Notes under the pieces: model-generated | The model's database searches: none | Told to the model about the DNA's origin: nothing | What the model saw: the letters and a program-made list of their open reading frames with translations, nothing else | Shown: in pieces, positions 1-11,732 of the stretch | Layout: every line of letters begins with the position of its first letter | How positions within the stretch are numbered: the first letter of the stretch is position 1 | Assembly (NCBI GenBank): GCA_024711065.1 | Contig: JANJTN010000146.1 | Coordinates: 1-52,099 of the forward strand | Length of the DNA: 52,099 nucleotides | DNA from: a bacterium | Lineage (GTDB): Bacteria; Bacteroidota; Ignavibacteria; Kapaibacteriales; Kapaibacteriaceae | Direction of reading: 5' to 3' | Translations under genes and position numbers: made by a program

Positions 1-57
1 AGCGTGGCGCCAAGCATGATGGCAAACTTCATAGACCGCAAAAGTACGGCTTTGAGA

Positions 58-498
58 CTATGCAGTGAGGCGCTTGCTCAGAACCAGCGTATTGGGCTGC
101 CCGCCGGCACGGGCGGGCTGATACTCGATCCTGTCCATCACACGCGTCATCAGCAGAATGCCCAACCCATGATGCCGGCGTTCAGCGAAGTAAGCGCGCA
201 TATCCGGGAGGGCTGCAGTTCCCGGATCGAAAGGGGCTGCCCTGTCACTGATCTCTACGCGGACCTCTTGCGGCGTAAGGATGATCCGCACATCGATGGT
301 CTGGCTGGCGTCGTTCTTGTAGGCATGCTGGATCAGATTGGCACAGGCTTCGTCCACTGCCAGCACGATGTTATCCTCTTCCAGATCCGAGAACCCGATG
401 TCCGTGATCCGGGCACGCACAAACTCGCGGATCTCGGACAGCCGATCCGTTGATGCTGCGACGTGCAGGATATCGGTATCATAGAGTGGAGCCGTCAT
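58..498 (-). CDS. RsbW/SpoIIAB-type anti-sigma factor serine kinase (GHKL ATPase)
   Basis: 146-aa ORF. N-box-like DEACANLIQHAY and G-box-like HGLGILLM. 4-nt overlap with the upstream STAS gene. Confidence 0.8.
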   Translation of the reverse strand: MTAPLYDTDILHVAASTDRLSEIREFVRARITDIGFSDLEEDNIVLAVDEACANLIQHAYKNDASQTIDVRIILTPQEVRVEISDRAAPFDPGTAALPDMRAYFAERRHHGLGILLMTRVMDRIEYQPARAGGQPNTLVLSKRLTA

Positions 499-851
499 TG
501 GGCATCTGGGAATGCGCTCACCGCTCCGTGCACGGTGTCGTGGATCTCAAAGAGTACCGGGAAGCCCAACAGGTCGAAAACGGAGAATACGCGCTCCTTC
601 ATGGCGGCAAGTTTGATGTCTCCTCCGGCCTTTCGGACGGACTCGATGAAGACCATGAAGACGCCAAGGCCCGCACTACTGATGTACTCCAACTCGGTAA
701 AGTTGACTACCATCCGATGGCACCCTCCATTGATCGTCTCTTGCATCGTCCGTTCCAGGTCGGACGCCGTGTGCGCATCGAGGTACCCCACAAGAGAGAT
801 CACGCAGGCGCCATTGGGCTGCTTCTCTGTGGTGGTGTGAAATGAGGTCAT
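495..851 (-). CDS. STAS-domain anti-sigma-factor antagonist (RsbV/SpoIIAA type)
   Basis: 118-aa ORF. LEYISSAGLGVF motif carries the phosphorylatable Ser typical of STAS antagonists. Overlaps both neighbours by 4 nt. Confidence 0.85.
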   Translation of the reverse strand: MTSFHTTTEKQPNGACVISLVGYLDAHTASDLERTMQETINGGCHRMVVNFTELEYISSAGLGVFMVFIESVRKAGGDIKLAAMKERVFSVFDLLGFPVLFEIHDTVHGAVSAFPDAQ

Positions 852-2992
852 GTGCTAACTCCAACAGTGATGGTCATACGGTCGGGCTCCTGGCAGGTTT
901 CACAATCGTCGGGAAACGAGATGCCGACGATCGTGATATCATCGTGTTGATCGGTTCCGGTGCCATGCATGTCCACCACGCGCAGCGTCTCCCGTACCAG
1001 TTCCGTTCCCGACGAGGACGACATGCCCTTCATCATCTCCACTAACGGGTCGAATGTCATTTCGGCTAGTTTGGCGTTCCGACGTTCGTTCACCCCATCG
1101 GTGGTCAGCAGGCAAAGGTCGCCGGGACGGGTGTGAACGGTCACCTCCTCGATCAGCTCGCTGAATCGGCTTGGAGGTACGATGCCAATAGCCACCCCTT
1201 TCGGGGTGATCGTTCGCATCTCGCCGCCAAGGCGTAACAGCGCAGGCGTGTGTCCGGCCCGGGCAAGCCGAAGGGCGCGGCCATCGGAAGCCATCTCTGC
1301 GCACAACATCGTGATGTAGGTATGGCGTTCCATGGATCCATAAAGCGACAGGTTGATGCGGGTCAGCAGGTCGGCCGGACCGGTAGCCGAACGCATCTGT
1401 GCCAGTACCACGCCTTTTAACGTGGCCATATAAAGGGCTGCCGGGATCCCCTTGCCGGATACATCGGCGATGATGATCCCCAGGTTACCATTGGCAAAGC
1501 GGACATAGTCGTAGTAATCGCCTCCAACCTGGGCTGCAGGGATCGTTACGGCGTCGATACTGCAGCAATCCGTATCCGGACCCTTACGAGGAAGCAGCGA
1601 CTGCTGGATGTTGCGAGCCACATCGAACTCTTTCTGCATCCGCTCCTTCTCGATCGCTGTCTCGGTCAGCCGAGCCTGATCCAGGCCCACACTTACCGTG
1701 TCGCCAAATGCTGTCAGCAACTTCAGGTCGTCGGCTTCAAAGCCGAATTCAATGGTGCTGAACATCACCAACGTTCCGATCCGACGTGCGTCACTCACCA
1801 ACGGGATGGCGATAATGGAGCGGATCGCGCTCATGGACTCGCCGCCTTCAAAGGCATTGGGAATCGACTCGATGTGCACGGGTTGGTCACCCGTGGAGAG
1901 TAATCGATGGAACTGACGGTTGCCGTGTAGCGAGAGCACATACTCCTCGCTCACCAACTGTGCGCCTACCACTTGCACACGGTCGTCTTCGTAGATCTCG
2001 GCCCACGCTCCATGGGCACGACACACAGACAACGCGTGCTGGGTAACGGAGGAGAGCAGGTCGTTCACGCTCACCGATTCGGCAATGAACCGCGTGAGAG
2101 TAGACAAGGCCGATACTTCGCTGCTGCGTCGATCCACAATGCCACTGTTGGGCAGCGATGCCATGGTGGCAAAGAACAGGCGAACGAAGAACAGGAATCC
2201 GAACAGATTGAGTGCGGCCGGGAGTACACCCCCTCCACGCAGGAACATCTCCGTGGAGACCGTAACGTACGATTCCAGGTTGAACGCCAGCATCACCGCC
2301 AGCACGATACTAGCGAAGACCCCCATGGCGGTGAGCCAAAGCAGGCGGATCTTCTTGTCCAACGTGATCGTGGCCAGCCAATTCAGTCGCTTGATGTTCA
2401 TCAGGGTCACCACACCGCCGGTCAGCGCCAGCAGCACCGAGATCACGCCAAAGATGGCGTTCACGTCGTCGAAGACGGCAAAGACCCACGTGGCGCCCAG
2501 CAAAGCCCCCTGCAGCATCAGATACAGACGGGTGCGCTGATGTCGACGCAGTAGCAGCATCACGGTCAGGAATCCGGCCAGCGAGATACTGATCACGTAT
2601 ACACCAACAGCGATCAGATGCGACGTGACCACACCAACGATGTCGAGTGCTCGGCCGTGGCTGGCCCCATCAGGTACGATGGCTGCAAACAGCAGCAAGG
2701 CCAGGGTGGAGACCGCATAGGTGGTTACCGCCGAAGCGATCCGCTCATAGGTCATTTCGCCGGAGATGGTGCGGCCATAGTAGACCACGGCCGTTGCAAC
2801 GATCGATGCCAGGATCAGGCCCGACATCAGCCCGAGGCCGATCTCCACCCAGAGGCTCTCCTCGATGGCCTGTTCGCCTACCACGCTCCAGAGGACCACG
2901 CCCAGCATCCGTAGCAGCACCAACACGGCTCCGCTGACCACAAGTGTGGTCATCACAGGTCGCTGCGTCTGTTGGTCCATCGTGATCTTCAT
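848..2992 (-). CDS. membrane-anchored GAF + PP2C (SpoIIE/RsbU-type) serine phosphatase
   Basis: 714 aa. N-terminal ~290 aa of repeated hydrophobic helices, a central GAF-like region, and C-terminal PP2C motifs GGDYYDY, DVSGKGIPAAL, TDGVNE and HDDITIVG. Confidence 0.85.
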   Translation of the reverse strand: MKITMDQQTQRPVMTTLVVSGAVLVLLRMLGVVLWSVVGEQAIEESLWVEIGLGLMSGLILASIVATAVVYYGRTISGEMTYERIASAVTTYAVSTLALLLFAAIVPDGASHGRALDIVGVVTSHLIAVGVYVISISLAGFLTVMLLLRRHQRTRLYLMLQGALLGATWVFAVFDDVNAIFGVISVLLALTGGVVTLMNIKRLNWLATITLDKKIRLLWLTAMGVFASIVLAVMLAFNLESYVTVSTEMFLRGGGVLPAALNLFGFLFFVRLFFATMASLPNSGIVDRRSSEVSALSTLTRFIAESVSVNDLLSSVTQHALSVCRAHGAWAEIYEDDRVQVVGAQLVSEEYVLSLHGNRQFHRLLSTGDQPVHIESIPNAFEGGESMSAIRSIIAIPLVSDARRIGTLVMFSTIEFGFEADDLKLLTAFGDTVSVGLDQARLTETAIEKERMQKEFDVARNIQQSLLPRKGPDTDCCSIDAVTIPAAQVGGDYYDYVRFANGNLGIIIADVSGKGIPAALYMATLKGVVLAQMRSATGPADLLTRINLSLYGSMERHTYITMLCAEMASDGRALRLARAGHTPALLRLGGEMRTITPKGVAIGIVPPSRFSELIEEVTVHTRPGDLCLLTTDGVNERRNAKLAEMTFDPLVEMMKGMSSSSGTELVRETLRVVDMHGTGTDQHDDITIVGISFPDDCETCQEPDRMTITVGVST

Positions 2993-3055
2993 TTCCCGTC
3001 CCTATTCGGCGCGTGCGCTACGGATGCCACACGCAGGAGTTTCATCGGCACTGCA

Positions 3056-3505
3056 TCATTCTGCAGACATGCGCACACCGGTGGCCACCATCATGGCAAT
3101 GCGCTGATCACCCTCGATCGCCGCGATCGCTTCGTCACTCAGACCGATGCTTCCGCCGATGGCCTGGGCTACGTCCTGCTCCACGACGGATTCATTCACC
3201 ACACCGCGCACCACCACGGGTCCACTGAGTGTGGTGGGCACGTAGAAGGCCTCATCCTTGAACGTGACGCGCAGATACGACGTTCCGTCGGTGATCGACA
3301 TCCAGCACCCCTCGTCCTGACACACCTGATGGATCTGGCCCGACACGGTTATGGTGCGGCCGAACTGCTTGGGATCCAGCGCCTCGCTCACAGAGAGCAC
3401 GGGGCCATCCTTGGGAGGGGGCTCGCCAACATGGTCCTGTTTGGCGCACGAAGCCGCCAGCACGACCACCGCGATCACAACCATCACACGTCCGAAACCC
3501 AGCAT
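3056..3505 (-). CDS. DUF4920-like lipoprotein
   Basis: The ORF track gives 3056..3586. I prefer the ATG at 3505, which yields a lipoprotein signal MLGFGRVMVVIAVVVLAASC. Cys-containing core QVCQDEGCWM resembles DUF4920 proteins. Confidence 0.55.
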   Translation of the reverse strand: MLGFGRVMVVIAVVVLAASCAKQDHVGEPPPKDGPVLSVSEALDPKQFGRTITVSGQIHQVCQDEGCWMSITDGTSYLRVTFKDEAFYVPTTLSGPVVVRGVVNESVVEQDVAQAIGGSIGLSDEAIAAIEGDQRIAMMVATGVRMSAE

Positions 3506-3602
3506 GTTGTACCCTTCCTGATGCAACCGATCACAACGCCGCAGTCCAGCGCGCGCAACTCGCCGGTACGAGGCCAATCGGTTCAAATTACCGTTGTCGA
3601 CG

Positions 3603-3637
3603 AAAAAACCCTGACCGATGTGGATCGATCAGGGTTT
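3603..3637 (-). terminator. Rho-independent terminator downstream of tRNA-Thr
   Basis: On the minus strand, stem CCCTGATCGAT / ATCGGTCAGGG (11 bp, one mismatch), loop CCAC, followed by a T6 run (plus-strand A6 at 3603-3608). Confidence 0.7.
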
Positions 3638-3645
3638 CGCGTGTG

Positions 3646-3718
3646 AGCCAACTGCCGGACTTGAACCGGCGACCTGTTCATTACGAATGAACTGCTCTAC
3701 CAGCTGAGCTAAGTTGGC
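3646..3718 (-). tRNA. tRNA-Thr (anticodon CGT)
   Basis: Reverse complement folds as a cloverleaf. Acceptor GCCAACT/AGTTGGC, D-arm GCTC-AGCTGGTA-GAGC, anticodon stem GTTCA/TGAAC with loop TTCGTAA, T-arm GCCGG-TTCAAGT-CCGGC. Confidence 0.9.
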
Positions 3719-3755
3719 GCGATTGTTCGAGAACAGAGCTTCAAAGATACGGAAC

Positions 3756-4439
3756 CTACGATCGTATCCGCAAGAGGGTCTGGACATACTTGTCCACGTA
3801 TTCCTCCATCTGCCGACGTCGATACTGCATGATGAAGCGTGGGTGCTCGAGATACTCCACGGTGGTGTAGTCCAGATGCGGACGCAGCCGTTGTTCCATC
3901 ACTTCCCGGAGCCGCCCCGTTCCCAGGACCACACACCGGTCCGCCTGCAGACCAGCCCCCTGCTGCAGCTTGATCCAGGACAGGATCTGCGGCTGGATGC
4001 GGTTCAGGAAGTCCGCGTCATCATAAAAATTCACGTTGCGGCCTTCACGGATATAGCCCAATGGGCTCAGGGCCGACAGGTAGAAATCTCGAAAAAAGGC
4101 GGCCGGACCACCGTAGGCGTCGACCACCTTCCAGATGAACTCCGCAGAGATCTCTCGACGCCCCGTGATGGACGTGTCAAAGCCCAATACCTCGGTAAGG
4201 ACGAATGGATCGGTGAACGACAGTCCCGTCACACCCGCGCCGAACCGTCCGGGATTGATCCCCCAGATCGCCGTGCGGGGATGGTCGCCGGCATAGGCCA
4301 TTCGAACAAAGCGGTCCACTACCTTGCGTACCTCGGGGTCGCGGTAGGGATCCAACACCTCAAATCCGGGGGCAAGGGGCTCGTCGATCGTCAACGACGT
4401 CAGAAACGTCGCAATGCGATCCGCGAACTCAGAGGCCAT
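3756..4439 (-). CDS. uracil-DNA glycosylase superfamily protein (DUF4918/MUG-like)
   Basis: 227 aa. GINPGRFGAG resembles UDG motif A (GINPG of family 2). A C-terminal EHPRF resembles motif B. Confidence 0.6.
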   Translation of the reverse strand: MASEFADRIATFLTSLTIDEPLAPGFEVLDPYRDPEVRKVVDRFVRMAYAGDHPRTAIWGINPGRFGAGVTGLSFTDPFVLTEVLGFDTSITGRREISAEFIWKVVDAYGGPAAFFRDFYLSALSPLGYIREGRNVNFYDDADFLNRIQPQILSWIKLQQGAGLQADRCVVLGTGRLREVMEQRLRPHLDYTTVEYLEHPRFIMQYRRRQMEEYVDKYVQTLLRIRS

Positions 4440-5925
4440 AGACGTGGTGCGCCTTGGTGCTCACGTAGCTAAGGAAATCCGTCTCCGTGAGCGGCCGGCC
4501 GGCGATACGCTGGATGATCTCGTTCGGTGTTTCCGTGCGACCGTAATCGTGGATCTTCAGTCGCAGCCAGCTGAGCACCGGCGTGAAGTCGCCATTGGCA
4601 ATGCGGTCTCTCACATCCGGGATCTCCTGCTGCATCACGTTCCATTCCATGGCGGCGTACAGTTTGCCGAGGGCGTAGGATGGGAAGTAACCGATGCCGC
4701 CGAAGGACCAATGCACATCCTGCAGGCAGCCTTCAGCGTCGTTGGACGGCATCACTCCGAGCAGGTCGTGCATCTTCTGATTCCAGATCTCGGGGATCTC
4801 TGCCACGCTGATGGTACCGGCCATCAGGTCTCGCTCCAGTTCAAAACGCAGGATGATGTGCAGGTTGTACGTCAGCTCGTCGCTCTCTACGCGATTGAGT
4901 GACGGCTGCATCTTGTTGATCGCGCGGTAGAAGCTCTGAACGGACTGGTCTTTAAGCTGGTCCGGGAAGGCATCGCGAAGGATCGGAAATGCCCACGACC
5001 AGAATTCTTCGCTCCTGGCCACGACGTTCTCCCAGAACAGCGACTGCGACTCGTGGATGCCCATGCTGGCTCCTTGAGCCGACGGTGTGCGGGCCAGCTC
5101 TGCCGAAACGCCCTGCTCGTACATGCCGTGACCGGCTTCGTGGATCAGTCCAAACAGACACGACCGTAGGTCCGTCTCCCGGATCCGAGTGGTCAATCGA
5201 ACATCCGTGTGGGCAAAGTGCGTACAGAAGGGATGCTCGCTCAGGTCCACCCGTCCGGTGGTGCCCGAGAATCCGAGATGCGAAATGATCGTCTTCGCGA
5301 CGGACAGCTGCCGATCCTTAGGATACGAGCGGTACAGGACCAGGTCGTCCACCGCAGACTGAGCCGGTGTGATCTGGTCGAGGATCTCCTTGGTGCCCTT
5401 CTGAAGTCGATCGAAGACAGGTGTGAGCTGCGCCGTTGTCAAACCGGGTTCATACGTGTCGAGCATCGCATCGTATGGATGCTCCCCACCGCCGAGGATA
5501 CTGGACTCCTGCCGTTTCAGGTCGACGATCTTTTCCAGAAGAGGCTGGAAGACCGTGAAATCACTCTTCGCCTTGGCTCGCTTCCAGGCATCCTGTGCCA
5601 GCGAAGCGGTGCGGGCCATATCGAGTACGAATGATTCCGGTAGCTTCAGATCGCGCTCATGATCGCGGATGAACATCTCGGCCACACGGCGCTTGCGCTC
5701 CGGCAGCGAAGCCAGGTCCACCCTGACGGCTTCGACGGCTGCCTGGGCCTCGTCGTTCACCATGTGGTGATGCTGTAAACCCGAGAGCGTAGCCAACTGC
5801 TCGGCTCTGGCTTCCACCGCACCATCGGGCATGAACGTCTCCTGGTCCCAACCCAGCACAGACGCCGCAGCGCCAAGGTCTACGACCGTGTTCATCACCT
5901 TTGTCAGACGTTCATAGGAAGTCAT
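4429..5925 (-). CDS. M32 carboxypeptidase (carboxypeptidase Taq family)
   Basis: HEAGHGMYEQG zinc motif, HPFCT, HESQS, DVHW and GYFPSYALG. The track start at 6006 translates the heptamer array, so I use the ATG at 5925 (MTSYERL...). Confidence 0.9.
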   Translation of the reverse strand: MTSYERLTKVMNTVVDLGAAASVLGWDQETFMPDGAVEARAEQLATLSGLQHHHMVNDEAQAAVEAVRVDLASLPERKRRVAEMFIRDHERDLKLPESFVLDMARTASLAQDAWKRAKAKSDFTVFQPLLEKIVDLKRQESSILGGGEHPYDAMLDTYEPGLTTAQLTPVFDRLQKGTKEILDQITPAQSAVDDLVLYRSYPKDRQLSVAKTIISHLGFSGTTGRVDLSEHPFCTHFAHTDVRLTTRIRETDLRSCLFGLIHEAGHGMYEQGVSAELARTPSAQGASMGIHESQSLFWENVVARSEEFWSWAFPILRDAFPDQLKDQSVQSFYRAINKMQPSLNRVESDELTYNLHIILRFELERDLMAGTISVAEIPEIWNQKMHDLLGVMPSNDAEGCLQDVHWSFGGIGYFPSYALGKLYAAMEWNVMQQEIPDVRDRIANGDFTPVLSWLRLKIHDYGRTETPNEIIQRIAGRPLTETDFLSYVSTKAHHVYGL

Positions 5926-5941
5926 ATCCGTTGCCTCATCA

Positions 5942-6013
5942 GTCGTTGCTTGTTGCTCGTTGTTCGCCCTTCGCCCTTCGCCCCTCGCCCCTCGCCCCTC
6001 GCCCATCGCCCCT
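5942..6013. repeat. two abutting heptamer tandem arrays: (CTYGTTG)x3 then (CGCCCYT)x7
   Basis: Read directly: CGCCCTT CGCCCTT CGCCCCT CGCCCCT CGCCCCT CGCCCAT CGCCCCT at 5965-6013, preceded by three CTYGTTG-like units. Fills the queA-stop to carboxypeptidase-start spacer. Confidence 0.9.
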
Positions 6014-7058
6014 AGATGATCAACATCGCGTCGCCATAGGCAAAGAAGCGGTAGTCGGTCTTGGCGGCGCGCTTGTAGGCCTTGAACAGTTCTTCCTTGT
6101 CGCCAAGGAAGGCCGTGGCCATCAGCAAGCCCGGAGAGGCCGGCGTGTGGAAGTTCGTGATGAACCGGTTGGCGATCTTGAATTCATAGGGCGGGTGCAC
6201 GAACTTGTCGGTCCAGCCCTTGTTCGGCTTGACGATGCCGGACGTCAGCACGCTGGACTCTAACGCTCGCACCACGGAGCAGCCAACGGCGTAGACATTC
6301 TTCTTGGCCTTGAGGGCCTTGTTGATGGTGTCGGCCGACGACTTCGTGATCTCGAAGTACTCGCTATACATCCGGTGCTTGGTCAGATCCTCGACCTCGA
6401 TGGTCTCGAACACCCCTTGGCCGATGTTCAGCTGGATCGGAGCGATCTGCACACCCTTCTTCTCCAGAGCCTTCAGGAGCTTCTTGCTGAAGTGCAGGCC
6501 GGAGGTGGCTGGTGCGATCGAGCCGACCTTATCCGGGTTGGCGAAAATCGACTGATACGACTCTTTATCCTCTTCGGTAGGCTCCCGCTTGATGTACTCC
6601 GGCAGCGGCATCTGGCCGATGCGCTCGATCACTTCGTGCAGATCACCTTCGTACGAGAAGCGGACGGTGCGGCCACGCGACGTGGTATTGTCGATGATCT
6701 CGCAATAGAAATTGCCGTCGTCAAAGTAGATCTTGTTCCCGATGCGGACCTTGCGAGCCGGTTCCACCAGAACGTCCCAGATGCGCTCCGCCGCCTTGAG
6801 CTCGCGCAGCAACATCACCTCGATCTTCGCGTTGGTCTTCTCCTTTTTGCCGAACAGACGGGCCGGGAACACCTTGGACTCGTTCACCACGATCACATCG
6901 CCCTTCTGCATGTAGGAAACGATGTTCTTGAACTGCTTGTCTTCGACCTCGCCGGTCTCTCGGTTGATCACCATCATTTTGGCGTTCTCACGAGGATCGG
7001 CGGGATACTTTGCCACTGCAGTTCTGGGGACCGAGAATTTGAATTCGGACAGTTTCAT
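6012..7058 (-). CDS. queA: S-adenosylmethionine:tRNA ribosyltransferase-isomerase
   Basis: 348 aa. N-terminus MKLSEFKFSVPRTAVAKYP...VVNESKVFPARL and overall length are typical of QueA. Confidence 0.9.
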   Translation of the reverse strand: MKLSEFKFSVPRTAVAKYPADPRENAKMMVINRETGEVEDKQFKNIVSYMQKGDVIVVNESKVFPARLFGKKEKTNAKIEVMLLRELKAAERIWDVLVEPARKVRIGNKIYFDDGNFYCEIIDNTTSRGRTVRFSYEGDLHEVIERIGQMPLPEYIKREPTEEDKESYQSIFANPDKVGSIAPATSGLHFSKKLLKALEKKGVQIAPIQLNIGQGVFETIEVEDLTKHRMYSEYFEITKSSADTINKALKAKKNVYAVGCSVVRALESSVLTSGIVKPNKGWTDKFVHPPYEFKIANRFITNFHTPASPGLLMATAFLGDKEELFKAYKRAAKTDYRFFAYGDAMLII

Positions 7059-7234
7059 GGTTCTCCGCGGGGGTTTCGCTTGTAAGTCGTGTAAAACGGC
7101 AAAGATACGGCGTTCTGAGGGGGGGCGTCAAATAAGTTTTCTGTCATGGACAACGTGGAGAGCCCCTTTCCACTCCCCTTGCACATCGTTGTTCTGGTTC
7201 CGACCTTTACAGCTTGTCCAGAATCGAACACACG

Positions 7235-9234
<2,000 letters not shown>

Positions 9235-9262
<28 letters not shown>

Positions 9263-10485
9263 GCTTGCTCCAGCGCTGCGGTCGCCGCCGGCCACGAATA
9301 CCGGTCCTCAATGCAGGTTCGACCCGCCTGTCCCAGTGTTCTGGCAAGGGGCTCGTCGTTGATCAATCGCAGGCAGGCGTCAGCAAATCGCTCCGGGCCA
9401 TCGGCGATCAATAGTTGCTCGCCGTCGGCTACGGCCAGACCTTCGGCGCCGAGCGTGGTCGACACCATGGCACAGCCGTTGGCCAGACCTTCCAGGACCT
9501 TGATCCGCACGCCGCTGCCACTCAAGACCGGCACCACCACGATATCCAGGGAAGCCAGGAACTCCGCTGCCGAATCCACCGGGCCATGCACGATCACCGT
9601 CGAGCCGTTGTGCAGGGCCTGGACCTCGGCAACCGGTGAACGTCCGGCGATATGTAGTTGAAGGTCGGGATGGCGTTGGAGCACACGCGGCAGCACCTGA
9701 CGCACGAACCAGATCGCCCCTTCTACATTCGGTGCCCACTCCAGCGAACCAAGCATGCCGATCCGGATCTGGCCCGATCGCGAACGGAGGTCCCGAGGCA
9801 CCAAGGGCAGGTCCATTCCCGGAGTGATGGCCACCACCGGCGTCTCCGGCGCCATGCCGCGGAAGACCTCGGCGTCGGGCTCGGAGACCGTGGCGATACC
9901 CTGCACGGCTCGTGCCACCGCCGTCTCATAGCGGACCGTCTGCCCGGCCAGCAGTCGGTAGTACCGTTGGTGCAGCCAGGACCGTGTCCGGTCGGCCGCA
10001 GTGTGCTCCAGGATGCGGTACTCCACATTGTGTGCCCGCAACAGGACGGGTGGGCACGCATCCACGGCGGAACGGATCGCCAGGGCATACCAGGCCATGG
10101 CCAGATAGTCGGCATGGATCACGTCGAACGAACCCGTACCAACGGCATCGATCAAACGCCCCGCCAACCTCGCATGGATGAATCGCCGAAGGTTGTAGGG
10201 GGCTGGTGGTAGCCCGGATCGATAGGGCTCCGTCGATATCATGAGCGCTCGAAGAGCGCCAAGGGCGGAAATGGACGTGTCCACGTCCTCCATTACCAGC
10301 GTATCGCACAGCTCCAGAGCGTCGGTTTCCGTGGCTCGGTGCCGAGACGTGTTGGTCACTCCGAGCGTGACGTGGTGTCCGGCCCGGCGCAGATCTCGTA
10401 ATTGATGCACGATGCTGTACCCTCCCCCATCAAAGGGTGGCGTGGGGATCCGTGGAGCCAGGTACAGGATTCGAAGTGGGCGCAT
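9235..10485 (-). CDS. GT4-family (GT-B fold) glycosyltransferase
   Basis: [15 protein letters not shown]-terminus from the ATG at 10485. EX7E-type motif [21 protein letters not shown]. The 3' end overlaps the uvrB 3' end by 28 nt (convergent). Confidence 0.8.
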
Positions 10486-10577
10486 GCTTGGCCTCGAATT
10501 TACCCCAATAGTCCCGCCGATCGCCCGTCGCAATTCGCCGTATCTTTGCGGGATTTTCAACACCACTCTCAGGCCCC

Positions 10578-11732
10578 ATGGCGGAAACTTTTTCGACGGC
10601 GGCATCCGTGCGGCTGTTGCTACGATTCAAATGGCTGATCCTCGGCGTCAGCCTGGTCGCAGCCGTTGGCATGTATCTGTACACGCGGACCCTGCCGAAC
10701 TATTACAAGTCCACGATCAACTGCGTACCGGCTGCCAGCGACCAGGGTGTGATGGGTGGAGCCTTGAGCGGGTTGAGCACGGCTCTAAAAGACTTTGGCC
10801 TGAACAAGATCAGCGGCAAACAGGGTGAGCAGTACGAGTTCATCGTAGTGCTGTTCACGCGGCAGATCCGCGACTCGATGATCGCGCGCTTTGGCCTGGT
10901 GGACGAGTATGAACTGGCCGGCCGGCCGATGAAGGATGTCCGTGGTGCGTTTGAAGACAACCTGGACATCGAGCTCCACGCTGAAGGCAACTACGAGATC
11001 TCGATCTGGAGTCGCGATTCAGTCAAGGCCGCCGAGATGTGCCGTGCCTTCGTTGGTTACGCCAATGCCATCGCGAATGACATCCATCGGAAAGACGCCA
11101 GCAAAACGTATTCCTACGTAAGCCAACGGATCGCCATGATCGACTCCACGCTGGATCGCATCACCGATTCGCTGTCCAAGTTCTCCCGAGAGCACCTGAT
11201 GTTCGCGCCGGAAGAACAGGCCAAAGCATCAGCGTCGGCTCTGGCCGATGCCAAGGTAGACCTGATGAAGCAACAGACCATTCTGGGCTTGTTGCGATCG
11301 AGCTATGGCGAGGACGATCCCCAGGTGCGCTCGCAGGCCACGATGGTTCGACAGATGCAGGAACAGTTCGACAAGGCACAGAACCAGCCGGGCTTTGCCG
11401 GCAACTTCGCGATCACGGATGCTGCCGGGATCGGTGCGAACTACATGCGGATGCTGGGCGACTTCGAAGCGCATGCAAAGCTGAAAGCTTTCCTCATGCC
11501 CACGCTTGAACAAGCCGAGCTGGATCGGATGAAGTCGACCCCCTCTTTGCTGGTGGTCGACGATCCGATCCCTGCCGAAAAGAAGGACCGACCCAAGCGC
11601 GCCATGATCGCCGCCGGTACCGGCCTTGGCGCAGGGATCCTGGTGATCATTCTGCTCCTGGGCCGCCATGCCTATGTGGGCTTCATGGGGCCGTCGAAAC
11701 CGAAGTCGACCACCCCGACCCCAGAGGCATGA
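10578..11732 (+). CDS. polysaccharide co-polymerase / chain-length determinant (Wzz-like, no kinase domain)
   Basis: 384 aa. N-terminal TM (WLILGVSLVAAVGMYLY), a long coiled periplasmic region and a C-terminal TM (AMIAAGTGLGAGILVIILLLG). Confidence 0.7.
   Translation: MAETFSTAASVRLLLRFKWLILGVSLVAAVGMYLYTRTLPNYYKSTINCVPAASDQGVMGGALSGLSTALKDFGLNKISGKQGEQYEFIVVLFTRQIRDSMIARFGLVDEYELAGRPMKDVRGAFEDNLDIELHAEGNYEISIWSRDSVKAAEMCRAFVGYANAIANDIHRKDASKTYSYVSQRIAMIDSTLDRITDSLSKFSREHLMFAPEEQAKASASALADAKVDLMKQQTILGLLRSSYGEDDPQVRSQATMVRQMQEQFDKAQNQPGFAGNFAITDAAGIGANYMRMLGDFEAHAKLKAFLMPTLEQAELDRMKSTPSLLVVDDPIPAEKKDRPKRAMIAAGTGLGAGILVIILLLGRHAYVGFMGPSKPKSTTPTPEA

Noticed and set aside
1-32. Possible start of another minus-strand CDS (ATG at 32-30, MKFAIMLGAT...) running off the left edge
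   Set aside because: Only about 10 codons are visible, too little to support a call.
4-453. 149-aa plus-strand ORF at the window start
   Set aside because: Antisense to the RsbW-like kinase gene, which has GHKL motifs and operon-style overlaps with its neighbours.
5926-6006. 27-aa N-terminal extension of the M32 carboxypeptidase (MGEGRGARGEGRRANNEQQ...)
   Set aside because: It is simply the translation of the heptamer tandem array. The conserved protein begins at MTSYERL (ATG at 5925).
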